Shown: positions 1-9,795 of the stretch, one piece after another
Numbering within the stretch: position 1 is the first letter of the stretch
How the letters are laid out: every line of letters starts with the position of its first letter
Assembly (NCBI GenBank): GCA_037310415.1
Contig: CP147780.1
Location: 2,144,001 to 2,208,000 of the forward strand
Source: Candidatus Atabeyarchaeum deiterrae
Lineage (GTDB): Archaea; Asgardarchaeota; Atabeyarchaeia; Atabeyarchaeales; Atabeyarchaeaceae
Direction: 5' to 3'
DNA: 64,000 nucleotides
Notes under the pieces: model-generated
What the model was told of the DNA's origin: nothing
The model's input: the letters and a program-made list of their open reading frames with translations, nothing else
The model's database searches: none
Program-made: the position numbers and the translations under genes

Positions 1-3
1 ACC

Positions 4-624
4 GTGTGGTCAAGATTGACTCGTGGAGGAATGGCAGCATACGTATGCCTCGACGATCCCCCCGAGAGAGTGATTGAGCATTTCAGGAGTTACGGATTGA
101 ACGTTGATGCCTACATCGAAAAGAACCAGCTCCTGCTATTTGACGCTCACTCATTAATGAATTCGCTGGCTTCTGCGACAAAGGGTCAGGATCAGGCAGC
201 GGAGCAGGACAATCTATTTAAAGAACTGGCAGCCAGATTCGACTCCAAGTCCTCTACTCAATTGAGTGACCATCGGAATCTTGGATTTCCTCGAGTAAGT
301 GTGATCGACTCGATTTCCGCAGCCGCGCCCTATACCAACCTTAAGTCAACATATGTCCTTGCACATCTAATTGCTGATCAAGCTAAGAGGAGCATGAATA
401 TTGCTGTGGCAGTGACTCATACGGGTGCCCTTGAAGCTAACGTTTTTTCTGCATGCAGCTCGGTGGCGGATGGCATCATTAGAATGGAGTACAGCTTCAC
501 AAGAGGCGAACTTAAGAGACTAATGCGAATTGAGAAAATGGCTTTCACACCGATACCAGCTAGACCACTTGAGTACAAGATTACAAGCAAGAACGGCATA
601 GAGATACTTGACAACCAAAGATGA
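4..624 (+). CDS. RAD55/KaiC-like RecA-superfamily ATPase, C-terminal part (5' end outside window)
   Basis: YVCLDDPPE, Walker B-like VIDSIS, and VADGIIRM...LKRLMRIEKM are typical of RAD55/KaiC; no Walker A is visible, so the gene is probably truncated by the window edge. Confidence 0.8.
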   Translation: MWSRLTRGGMAAYVCLDDPPERVIEHFRSYGLNVDAYIEKNQLLLFDAHSLMNSLASATKGQDQAAEQDNLFKELAARFDSKSSTQLSDHRNLGFPRVSVIDSISAAAPYTNLKSTYVLAHLIADQAKRSMNIAVAVTHTGALEANVFSACSSVADGIIRMEYSFTRGELKRLMRIEKMAFTPIPARPLEYKITSKNGIEILDNQR

Positions 625-959
625 AGAACAAGAAGCTGGATATATCAGTTGCATTACAGCACGCACTACTGATCTATTTACATCAATGACATAGGAGAGT
701 GCGTTTGGGCAAAATCGTGGGTGAGTTTAGCAAAGCCATCGCAGATAAGGTGCAGAAGAGAATCGAGGAAGTTGGACTAGTAGAGTTCATGCGAAAGACT
801 GGAAAGAAAGAGTATGACATGCTCTCATTGTTCCGAGAGACTGGCATCAAGTCGGATAGTGTGAAAAACGAACTGTCATGCTGGGACAAGGCGCTCCAGT
901 TTAAAGCATCTGGAGTCGAGAGTTGTTACCTCGATATAAAAGGAGGAAGAATTGGTTAA
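621..959 (+). pseudogene. Hypothetical protein interrupted by an in-frame TGA (687-689); may instead be an 86-aa ORF from GTG 699
   Basis: ATG 621 overlaps the upstream stop (ATGA) and is in frame with ORF 699-959. Confidence 0.4.
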
Positions 960-3679
960 GATTTCGATATTCTGAATTTGAAACTAGCGGTTGCTGATGG
1001 GATTGTGACCTCAGCAACGCCCCCTTCATCGATGGTCTTGAAAGATGCAACTGCTCCATTCACGACACATTTGACTTTCGCGCGCCTCCAGCGCTTGGGC
1101 AGTTTCACTCTTAAGACAAGTTCTTCTCCAGGCTTCCGAGTATATGCGCCTTGGATGTAGTGGTCGGTAAATTCAACTTCGATAACAGGTGTTCTCAAAA
1201 TGAAATTCTTGAATGGAACCAATGGGTTCAAATTAAGCCCTTGACGGGTGGGCTCTATTCCAGAGAGCTTAAGCAGTGCCAAAAGAAAATTCGCGTGAAG
1301 ATTGAGATTCATGATGGGAAAGTCGGTCGTTGGCGTTGGGAACTGGTAGTATGTCTCGCCTGGTCGGCGAGCATAGGACGCGTTGAAGGCATCTGGACCG
1401 CTCCAGATACCATACCAAACATCTGGATATAACTCAGCATGGTGCGCCAAGGAGTTCTTAACCATAGAGTTCCAAGCCTTTTCTGGATCATATCTGCCAT
1501 ATCCCCAGGTTAGCAAGAAGTCAATCGCAAACCATGTTCCACCGTTAACATCCCAGCCTTGCTCAAGGTAGTCGAACATGGTCTTGAGTGGCGGGAAAAC
1601 TAGGAATTGCCCAAAGTTTGAAGGTTTGTCAGTTATCTTGTAGACGCTATTGATGAGCTTACCCGCGTAGCTGCGGGGCAATGCTCCTGAGATTAGAAGC
1701 CACGGAACTGGCTCAAGGAAAATGTTCTTGTCTCCAATTGCGTTGCCCATCCCGTCCCATCCTCTGTAGAACCATTTTCCATTCCAGGATTTCAAACAAT
1801 TGTCGCGCAGCTTCTCACTCACTGCCATGATCTTCTCGCTGTACTCCTTATCCTGGTTTTCCAGAATAGAGGCTATCCTTGGAAGTACGTAGAGCGCAAG
1901 CGCAGAGTTGAACATTGATTCTCCATTTTTGATGAACTTACTTCTGCTCTTCACCATGGTTGAGATCCCATCGTTCCAGTCTCCATCGCCGACCCTGATC
2001 AGACCGTGTTCTCCTAAGCCGACTTCATTAAGAAGGAAATCAATTGATAGTTTTATTCGTTCTAAGACTGTTGAGGAAGTCCCGCTGGACTTGGGGTAGA
2101 ATGGAAGGACTTTCTTGAGGAACTCGAAGTCTCGGGTTGCGAAAACGTATTCAGAGATTCCCAACATTAGAAACAATGGAAGATCTGACGGATTTGTGTG
2201 AACGACTGCTCCGCTAACCATGCCAAAGCCATGGATCATGTAGCGGAGTCTTCCTTTGGGTGTCATGAGTCGCAGGGTATACTCAAGCATCTCTCTCGCG
2301 AGACGCGGTTCTATGTAGATCATGGGAATGGTGTACAACATGAAGTCACGAGGAGCGCCTTGAAGTCCTTGCAGATAATTGTATGCTCCACCTTGAGGGA
2401 GTAGATGGTTTTCGAAGTACTCGTCGTATAGCGCTGCGCTTCTAAGATAGTAGGAGTGCCACTTAGCTTCGCGGCTGACCCAATTGTTCTTCTTACTATC
2501 ACCGGTGCTGAACTCAACTAAGCTACGCGCCCAGCTTTCAGCGTTTCTATTGAGGAGTGGAAAAGAGTGTTCTCTTGGCAACTTGGATTGCGCGCCTTCA
2601 GACGCCGAGGCTAGGAGAGATATGTATTTGTTGATCAGCATGAAGTTCTCGCCTTCGCTGGCGTATCCGAGCAGGAACGTGAGTTTTCTCGACTCCTTCG
2701 GCTTGAGGTGGATCTCCACACCTAAGCACAGGCATGGAAGATCCTTAACGCCTACGTTGCTTTTAAACGGTTCTTGATGAGCGGCGAATTTTCCTCGGCT
2801 GTCAATAAGGTTTCGGGTAGACACAATGACTCGTATGGGAATAGCATCCAAGGCCGAAAGGAAGACCCGCCTAGGATAGTAGTTCCTTGTTGAAGGCTCG
2901 TCCTCCAGTGGTCGGCTTCTTCTCCTATACTTCGGTTCAAGTATTAGTGTTTTCAGGAATGATATGTACTTAGATTCATGACTGAACTTCGATGAGAAGG
3001 AGTTCCTTACCTGTTCAGGCGAACGGTGCGCAACGTAGCTAGCATACCTTAATGCGTTCCCTACTACGTTAAGAGGGCCTCGCCCAGCAAAACGCCTTCT
3101 ATTCCTGTTAAAATAAATAAGCGCAGCTATTATGCTCTGAATTTCGATGCCCCAGTAATCATATAATATTAGGTCTTTGGGGGAATTGGAATTGTTTTTG
3201 ACGTTCAGCTCTGATATTACTACCGGGTCGTCAGAGAACGGGGGGAAAACCACATGATCAACGTTGACGCCGTTTCGCTCTGCGGTTTTACGGAAGTAAC
3301 CCGTCCCAAAAACGCGTCGGTATCCGTTCTCAAAGTTGGACTGCGAGAATAGGTCACTCCATGCTGCCGTCTCCGCGTCTCCTTTTTCTTCTATGATTGC
3401 TATTCCGCCGCCCGCCCTTCCCCGCTTCGTGTCTCTGCGCGACAGCCATTGGAGACCTCGGGAGCTCTCGACGACCTCAACGTAGCCTCCGTTGTGTGCA
3501 AGAACGTTGAGACGGTCATTTCCGAGTTGATGCCAGTGATCTCTTGAGAAGCCACTAGCTGTAAATGAAGGAGCTTTGGGGTCAAACTCGTGGTTACATG
3601 TATATTCATAAGCTGGCAGACCAAATTCGTCAGTGATCCAATGCCCGAAGTGACCATTCCCGTTCATTATCGCAATCAT
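956..3679 (-). CDS. GH94-like glycoside phosphorylase / six-hairpin glycosidase
   Basis: 907 aa; GDGDWNDG catalytic motif, GESMFNS, WNGKWFYRG. Confidence 0.75.
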   Translation of the reverse strand: MIAIMNGNGHFGHWITDEFGLPAYEYTCNHEFDPKAPSFTASGFSRDHWHQLGNDRLNVLAHNGGYVEVVESSRGLQWLSRRDTKRGRAGGGIAIIEEKGDAETAAWSDLFSQSNFENGYRRVFGTGYFRKTAERNGVNVDHVVFPPFSDDPVVISELNVKNNSNSPKDLILYDYWGIEIQSIIAALIYFNRNRRRFAGRGPLNVVGNALRYASYVAHRSPEQVRNSFSSKFSHESKYISFLKTLILEPKYRRRSRPLEDEPSTRNYYPRRVFLSALDAIPIRVIVSTRNLIDSRGKFAAHQEPFKSNVGVKDLPCLCLGVEIHLKPKESRKLTFLLGYASEGENFMLINKYISLLASASEGAQSKLPREHSFPLLNRNAESWARSLVEFSTGDSKKNNWVSREAKWHSYYLRSAALYDEYFENHLLPQGGAYNYLQGLQGAPRDFMLYTIPMIYIEPRLAREMLEYTLRLMTPKGRLRYMIHGFGMVSGAVVHTNPSDLPLFLMLGISEYVFATRDFEFLKKVLPFYPKSSGTSSTVLERIKLSIDFLLNEVGLGEHGLIRVGDGDWNDGISTMVKSRSKFIKNGESMFNSALALYVLPRIASILENQDKEYSEKIMAVSEKLRDNCLKSWNGKWFYRGWDGMGNAIGDKNIFLEPVPWLLISGALPRSYAGKLINSVYKITDKPSNFGQFLVFPPLKTMFDYLEQGWDVNGGTWFAIDFLLTWGYGRYDPEKAWNSMVKNSLAHHAELYPDVWYGIWSGPDAFNASYARRPGETYYQFPTPTTDFPIMNLNLHANFLLALLKLSGIEPTRQGLNLNPLVPFKNFILRTPVIEVEFTDHYIQGAYTRKPGEELVLRVKLPKRWRRAKVKCVVNGAVASFKTIDEGGVAEVTIPSATASFKFRISKS

Positions 3680-3748
3680 CCTTCCAAAACAATACGCGAC
3701 CCTTAACCCCGTTGAATATTGCCGTGTCAGATCAAGTTATTCATCTTT

Positions 3749-4201
3749 TTACGATTCTCGACCGAGTTTTATTAGCTCAAATATGACACCAGAGATTCTT
3801 GCCGTGTCCAAATATGCATATTCCACTCCGAGAACCTTCCCTCGCTCCAGTAACTTTATTCCCTTCTTCTCCAATTCTCCAAGTCTCTTGTCAATGTCAG
3901 AAACATAGAAACCTAGATGGTGCAGTCCTTCTCGTCCCTGCTTTAGGAAATCAGAGTGCAGAGTCTCCCCCTCAACAACCTCGATCAACTCGAATTGGAT
4001 TCCCCCGACCTGGCCTAGTGATATCCTTAGCTTAGACTTTCCTCTTTGACTTGTGTTTTCTGCAACCATGGAATCGAATTTCCCAAGACCCAGTGTCTTC
4101 CCATAGAATTCAAGTACCTTGTCTGTATTCTTCACGACTATTCCGATCTGCTTGAGGCTTCCAAGGCCAAGATCCTTTGCCACATCCTTCTTGGTACTCA
4201 T
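3749..4201 (-). CDS. VOC/glyoxalase family protein (methylmalonyl-CoA epimerase-like)
   Basis: QIGIVV, FELIE, GLHHLGF, IFELI metal-binding pattern. Confidence 0.85.
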   Translation of the reverse strand: MSTKKDVAKDLGLGSLKQIGIVVKNTDKVLEFYGKTLGLGKFDSMVAENTSQRGKSKLRISLGQVGGIQFELIEVVEGETLHSDFLKQGREGLHHLGFYVSDIDKRLGELEKKGIKLLERGKVLGVEYAYLDTARISGVIFELIKLGRES

Positions 4202-4404
4202 GGGTTAGGCATCTCCTCCCACGCTTGTTCATGACGGTATGCATTGGTAATAATTGCATCGTTCTATGTTTTCTAGTTTTCCATTCGAGTTAACTCCAGC
4301 AACAAAAGGCATGCTTAGTCTTCATTGCATGGAACACTCTCTCAGAAAATGGGTACAGAGAAAAGAAAAATGGAGGAATACCTTACCTCCAACCGTTGGG
4401 ACTA

Positions 4405-5226
4405 CTAAGATTCTTCCTTCTCCGACTTCTTTGCTTTCCGCGTGACTGCACCGGCCACTGCAACCGATTCTGCTAAGTTCGCGGATAATGATGATGACGT
4501 TACTATGACCATATTCTTCTCTCTAGCGATGTCAGTCAAAGTTTGCAGCTCTCTGATTCTGAGTGCAATGGGTTCGTTTTCAAACTTCTTTGCTGCCTCA
4601 GCTAATGTCCCTGAAGCTTGAAGCTCGCCTTCAGCAACAATAATTCTAGCCCTTCTCTCCCGTTCCGCCTCAGCTTGCTTAGCGATGGCTCTCTGCATCT
4701 CAGGTGGTATCGTAACGTCTCTTATCAGAACCGCAGTGACCTTTATCCCCCAAGATTCTGTAGCTTGGTCTATGATCCCTTGTATCTTCTTGTTCAACTC
4801 GTCTCTTTTCGCAAGTAGCTCATCGAGTTCAACTTGGCCCAGAGTATCTCGGAGAGTAGTCTGGGCAAGTAGGTTGGTGGCATCTGCGAAATCTACCACC
4901 CTGACAATTGCCTTGCCTGGATCGAGCACGCGATAGTATACAACTGCATCAACATCGACAGTCACGTTGTCGCGGGTAATGACTCTCTGCTTTGGTACGT
5001 CTGAAGTCACTAGTCTCAAGTCTACGACGATGAACTTGTCGAGGAATGGAATCTTGAAGAAAAGCCCTGGACCCTTTGCTCCAACAAGTCTGCCAAGTCG
5101 GAAGATTACGGCTCTCTGGTATTCTTTCACCAGTCTTATTGAAGCAGCCAACAAGGCGACGAACAGGAAAACGATGATGAACAGTATCATCCAGAAGAAC
5201 GGGTCCGAAAAATCAAATAGTGCCAT
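4405..5226 (-). CDS. SPFH/stomatin (slipin) family membrane protein
   Basis: N-terminal TM; EYQRAVIFRLGR, ITRDNVTVDVDAVVYYRV, AQTTLR, AEAERERRA. Confidence 0.95.
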   Translation of the reverse strand: MALFDFSDPFFWMILFIIVFLFVALLAASIRLVKEYQRAVIFRLGRLVGAKGPGLFFKIPFLDKFIVVDLRLVTSDVPKQRVITRDNVTVDVDAVVYYRVLDPGKAIVRVVDFADATNLLAQTTLRDTLGQVELDELLAKRDELNKKIQGIIDQATESWGIKVTAVLIRDVTIPPEMQRAIAKQAEAERERRARIIVAEGELQASGTLAEAAKKFENEPIALRIRELQTLTDIAREKNMVIVTSSSLSANLAESVAVAGAVTRKAKKSEKEES

Positions 5227-5480
5227 TCTCTCTTCCTCACAGGTCAGTCTATTCTAATGGATAGAAACGTTTTCACTCTATAAAAAGCTTTCCCTAAGCC
5301 TCGCTTCCATAGAGGGTTGAAAGATGCGTATATTAAAGCTTTCCGTAAATTCCCTTGCTTGCAGGCGATGCTTGCCGCGGTTCAACCGGTTAGTCGAAGT
5401 CTGAAGATCTTTTCGATAAACGATAGCGTGGTTATGGCGCACTTTGATTCATATTCTTTGAGATAGAAAAGGAATGCTGA

Positions 5481-6308
5481 CTACTTTATCAGTTTCCTAT
5501 TCATCGCTATAATCGCAAGTACTAGCAGAACGAAGGTGACAATACCGATCCAAGCGAGACTGATGAGCATTTGACTAAGATCGATCATGTTGACCATAAG
5601 CTGTCTCATGACAATGACACCGTGTGTCAACGGGAATATGGTAAGAACCAATGCTTGAAGCGCCCCTGGGAGGATGGTGATTGGGAAGAAGGTTCCGCTA
5701 AATAGGAACATTGGGGTTATGAGGAAGAAGGTTGCATAGTTGAACGAGTCGATGTTGGGTGCAATCGCCGTGCAGCACATGCCCAGAGCCGAAGATAGAA
5801 GCCCGAATAGTAGGCTGAACGGTATGATAAGGAGCAGGAAAACTGCATTTGCAGATGCAAAGAGTGGAACGAGACCGAGCAAACCGAGTCCTGTAACCAT
5901 TACCAGCACTATTGTGCCGTATACCATTCCCTTGAATGCTGCAAAAACCATTTCGCCCGTGATGACTTCTTCGAGGGTCAGTGGTGTGGCCGTTATGGCA
6001 TCAAAAGTTTTCTGGTAGGTCATTCTAACGAAGCTTCCGTAAGTGGTTTCGAAGAATGCAGAGTTCATCACTGCTATCGCAACAACTGCTGGTGCTATGA
6101 ACAAGATGTAGGGAACTCCTTCCACCCCGCCTGGCACGAGGTTTCCAAAGCCAAAGCCCATGGCAACGAGGTACAGGACCGGCTCCAGGAAGGGTAAAAC
6201 AAGGTTTACCGTCCAAGTTTTCAGGTATACGTCCAAGTCTCTTCTCCAGACCTTCCAGAATCGGCCACTTATGTTTGAATACCAGGGGCTCCGGATTCTC
6301 TTGTGCAA
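5481..6308 (-). CDS. ABC-2 transporter permease (NodJ-like)
   Basis: 6 TM; EPVLYL, SFVRMTYQKTFDAI, MFLFSGTFFP, PLTHGV. Confidence 0.9.
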   Translation of the reverse strand: MHKRIRSPWYSNISGRFWKVWRRDLDVYLKTWTVNLVLPFLEPVLYLVAMGFGFGNLVPGGVEGVPYILFIAPAVVAIAVMNSAFFETTYGSFVRMTYQKTFDAITATPLTLEEVITGEMVFAAFKGMVYGTIVLVMVTGLGLLGLVPLFASANAVFLLLIIPFSLLFGLLSSALGMCCTAIAPNIDSFNYATFFLITPMFLFSGTFFPITILPGALQALVLTIFPLTHGVIVMRQLMVNMIDLSQMLISLAWIGIVTFVLLVLAIIAMNRKLIK

Positions 6309-6346
6309 AGTTTCTTAACCCTCTCACAGACAAGTGTGTCTAATGG

Positions 6347-7348
6347 CTATCCTTCTCGTATTTCTCTTCCAGTTAGCTTAAGAAAGAGGTCCTCTAGCGA
6401 TGCCTCTCTTACCAGAGTCTCTCTCAATGTGATTTTTTCCTTGAGTTGATTTTGGAGTTCTTCAGGTTGATTTGTGAAAAGGAATATCTTTTCGCCTTCT
6501 CTTTGGAACTCCACATTGATGTGGTTCTTGTGAATGAGTTTTTCGACCTCGTCTGCTGGTTCGACTCTTACAACCCATTTGCTGAGCTTTTCGTGAACGA
6601 GATTTCTTGGGTTTCCTTCGGCGATGATTTTGCCTTCGTTCATGATTATGATCCTATCGCACAACTCGGTTGCTTCTTCCATGTTCTGTGTAGCCAAGAT
6701 GATTGTCACGCCTTGATGTCTTAGAAGGTCAACTTGCTCCCAGATCAGACGCTTAGTCTGGGGATCGAGTCCAGTGGTTGGCTCGTCGAGGATTAGGATC
6801 TCGGGATTGTTGATGAGGGCTCTGGCAAGTATCAGTCTCCTTTTCATTCCCCCAGACAGAGACTCGATGACTACGTTGCCCTTCTTTTCAAGGCCTAGCA
6901 TTCTCAGTAAACGCTTGGCTCGTTTCTCAGCCTCATTCTTGGGCATTTTGAAGTACCGTGCATATACCGTCAGGTTCTTCATAGTTGTGAAATCTGGATC
7001 CAAGTTGTTTTCTTGGGGGGCGACACCCATGATCGCCTTTATCGATCTGTAGTCTTCGTCAATGTTCATACCGTCGATCGTTATTTTTCCTGAGGTTCTT
7101 GGAAGCACGCATTGCAGCATTTTTATCGTTGTCGTCTTTCCAGCGCCATTTGGTCCAAGGAAACCGAAGCATTCACCTCGGTTCACGGTGAAACTTACGC
7201 TCTTTACTGCAACCAGTTTGCCATAAGCTTTAGTCAGATTTTCAACTGAAACCAAGGCAGATGAAGAACGCTGCTGCTTCGTTGACGGCGTCATGGTGAA
7301 ACGCATATTGGAGGACTTTAGATAAGCTTTTCGACAACATCCCTTCAT
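6347..7348 (-). CDS. ABC transporter ATP-binding protein (NodI/DrrA-like); true start probably ~7294
   Basis: GPNGAGKTT, LSGGMKRR, ILDEPTTGLDP, SLEDLFLKLTG. Confidence 0.95.
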   Translation of the reverse strand: MKGCCRKAYLKSSNMRFTMTPSTKQQRSSSALVSVENLTKAYGKLVAVKSVSFTVNRGECFGFLGPNGAGKTTTIKMLQCVLPRTSGKITIDGMNIDEDYRSIKAIMGVAPQENNLDPDFTTMKNLTVYARYFKMPKNEAEKRAKRLLRMLGLEKKGNVVIESLSGGMKRRLILARALINNPEILILDEPTTGLDPQTKRLIWEQVDLLRHQGVTIILATQNMEEATELCDRIIIMNEGKIIAEGNPRNLVHEKLSKWVVRVEPADEVEKLIHKNHINVEFQREGEKIFLFTNQPEELQNQLKEKITLRETLVREASLEDLFLKLTGREIREG

Positions 7349-7436
7349 CCAGACTTATCCTACCGAGCATGGAAGCTACTGCATTGTTCGCGGAGATACC
7401 AGCTGACAGACTTAGCAAAAAGCTTCCAGAAGCCGG

Positions 7437-7868
7437 TTAACGTGTGCAGACCTTACTATCATTCTCCGATTCGGCTCCTCCCTCAAGTTCTTGTGTTACC
7501 AAAGATCCAATGAACAACCAGATTACGAATGCAAAAATGAGCTGAAGCACTGTCCCGATCAGCATTAATGTGAAGAAGAGCATGAGGGAGACTAGAAGCG
7601 CGCCTATGTAGAGGTCGTGCAACTTCTTGTTGCAAGGCAGACCACTTATCAGTCTACGATGTAGAAACGACGCTTTCACGCTTACACCAGTATTCTTTAG
7701 CACCATGAGGGTTAGGACTAACCAGATGAAGAACGCCGCAAATGCGGGGATCATGAAAAGGACATCGAAGAAAGCAACCGCTGAAAAGGTGACTATTAAT
7801 AGGAAAAGACCGAGAAACATCAGGTCTTGAGCGATCGTCGCCGGCCTTCTGTCCTTTTCTCTCTTCAT
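7437..7868 (-). CDS. Small 4-TM hypothetical membrane protein
   Basis: Two hydrophobic hairpins, each ending in F-x-IWL; TATA-like sequence upstream near 7895. Confidence 0.65.
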   Translation of the reverse strand: MKREKDRRPATIAQDLMFLGLFLLIVTFSAVAFFDVLFMIPAFAAFFIWLVLTLMVLKNTGVSVKASFLHRRLISGLPCNKKLHDLYIGALLVSLMLFFTLMLIGTVLQLIFAFVIWLFIGSLVTQELEGGAESENDSKVCTR

Positions 7869-8154
7869 GGATCAGTCTCTGGTTAACTCCGTAGATATAT
7901 ATTTTTGTTAAGCGCGTCTCTAAGGTTTGGTCAAATAAAAAGGGAAGGCCTTGATGCGATATATGACACAGCCGGTTGCGAGCTTCCCGGCTTGAAAATT
8001 GGCTCCATCCAAGCAGGTTCTTGAGCAAAAGTATAAATCATGTCGAGTCGGATACTATCGCTCGAGGTATTTGAGGTGATTGGCTGGAGACTAATCGAGA
8101 ATCACATTTGAGTACGGTGAAGTCCTAGCTTGAAGTGGCTTTGGGGACGAGAAC

Positions 8155-9441
8155 ATGGCGATAGAGATTCAGCTGGTCGCAATCATAATCTTTCTTTTCA
8201 CGTTTGCTCTCATAGTCACTGGTGGGCATGCACGTCCAATTGCGGGGTTAATTGGGGCTTTCCTCATGCTGACAGCTGGTGTCTTCACCTCGGTCGAGGA
8301 CGCTCTTTCCTATGTGCACATAGAAACGCTTGTGGTTCTGTTTGGGATAATGGTGCTGGTAGGTGTTCTGAGAGAGGGACACTTCTTCAGATACATTGGG
8401 GCGTTCGTAGTTGGACGGGTAGGGCTTAACCCCACAAGGATATTCTATGTTTTCATCGTCCTCACGGCATTTCTCTCGGCTTTCCTTGATAGTGTTGCAG
8501 TTGTTCTGTTCATGGTTGCTATCACTATTGAGCTTTGTCATGAGATGGAGATTGATCCGAAACCCTTCATAATAGCTGAGATCTTGGCAGCGAACATTGG
8601 TGGAACCGCGACATCTATTGGGGATCCGCCAAACATAATGATCTCCCTAACGTACGGTATTTCGTTCCCGCAGTTCATAGCCAGCATGGGACCGTTGACC
8701 ATTATCGCACTCACGGTCTTTTTCCTCTACATTAACAGACGCTACCGCAAGGGACTTCTTGTTAAGAGAGTAAGGATCAAGAAGCTTCCCACCAAGCCTG
8801 CCGAGTTGATCGAAGATCGGAAGACTTTTCTGCTTGGCGCCTCTATGTTTATCACTTTCCTCATTCTAATGACAGTCTCAAGTTCATTGGGCATAACTCC
8901 AGCAATGATCAGCCTTGGAATTGCAGCCACTTTGCTCTTCCTTGGTGGAAAGAGACTGGTACCCATCTTAGAGAATGTAGACTGGTCGACTCTACTATTT
9001 TTTGGCTCGATATTCATAGTGGTTGGTGGGCTTACAAAGACGGGGGTTATAGCATCTTTGGCCGTTGCCTTCTCTGGCATTGTTGGGGGTAATTTGTTGC
9101 TTGCCATTTTTGTAGTGACCTGGGTTTGCGCTTTTGGATCGGCTTTTGTGGGAAATATACCTTTTGCAGTTACGATGCTTCCCCTTGTGCAAGGAATCGC
9201 TAGCGCGACGGGGTTACCATTGTTCCCCTTGTTGTGGTCTCTGGTATTGGGATGCGATATCGGAGGGAATGCAACGATGATAGGAACAGCAGCTGGATTG
9301 GTCGCTTCAGATTTGGCTGAGAAAAGTGGACATAGAATAGGCCACAAAGAGTTCTTCAGAGTGGGACTCACATCGGTGCTTCTGACGGTCGGGATAGGAA
9401 CCATCTACCTAGCCATAACGTATGGACTTGCGCCAATATAG
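8155..9441 (+). CDS. ArsB/NhaD/SLC13 (IT superfamily) permease
   Basis: ~11 TM; SAFLDS, ANIGGTATSIGDPPN, VDWSTLLFF, GGNATMIG. Confidence 0.9.
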   Translation: MAIEIQLVAIIIFLFTFALIVTGGHARPIAGLIGAFLMLTAGVFTSVEDALSYVHIETLVVLFGIMVLVGVLREGHFFRYIGAFVVGRVGLNPTRIFYVFIVLTAFLSAFLDSVAVVLFMVAITIELCHEMEIDPKPFIIAEILAANIGGTATSIGDPPNIMISLTYGISFPQFIASMGPLTIIALTVFFLYINRRYRKGLLVKRVRIKKLPTKPAELIEDRKTFLLGASMFITFLILMTVSSSLGITPAMISLGIAATLLFLGGKRLVPILENVDWSTLLFFGSIFIVVGGLTKTGVIASLAVAFSGIVGGNLLLAIFVVTWVCAFGSAFVGNIPFAVTMLPLVQGIASATGLPLFPLLWSLVLGCDIGGNATMIGTAAGLVASDLAEKSGHRIGHKEFFRVGLTSVLLTVGIGTIYLAITYGLAPI

Positions 9442-9795
9442 AAAAGTTGAACTCAGTGTGAAAACCCGCTAATTGGAGGGCAGGTTGTAACAATATCATG
9501 AGAGAAGTATGAGGAACCAAAAACATTCGACAATAGTTGTGACTTTCCTCTCTTTCGTTCATGATCTCGTTACGAATGTTTGTGATGAGACATGTTGTCT
9601 ACAACTTCAAGAAGAGTCTGCACATCATAAACCTTAAAGGATACGAACTTTCTCAACCTCCTCACAACTCCAGAGAATATCACTAGTACCAATCGATGAA
9701 GTCGTTGGCTCAATCCACTTACTTAACCTGTCCCGAACTGCAGCATTGCGGAATGTGCGTCGCTCGGAGGACTGCATACGTCACCACTCCAAGGA

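Noticed and set aside
8742-9404. Long antisense ORFs (this one, 18322-18828, 27363-27878 and others)
   Set aside because: Shadows of well-supported genes on the opposite strand
9688-9710. CGATGAAGTCG upstream of the CLC as a fluoride riboswitch
   Set aside because: No downstream pseudoknot partner, and the CLC lacks CLC-F signatures (GNNLI/GREGT)
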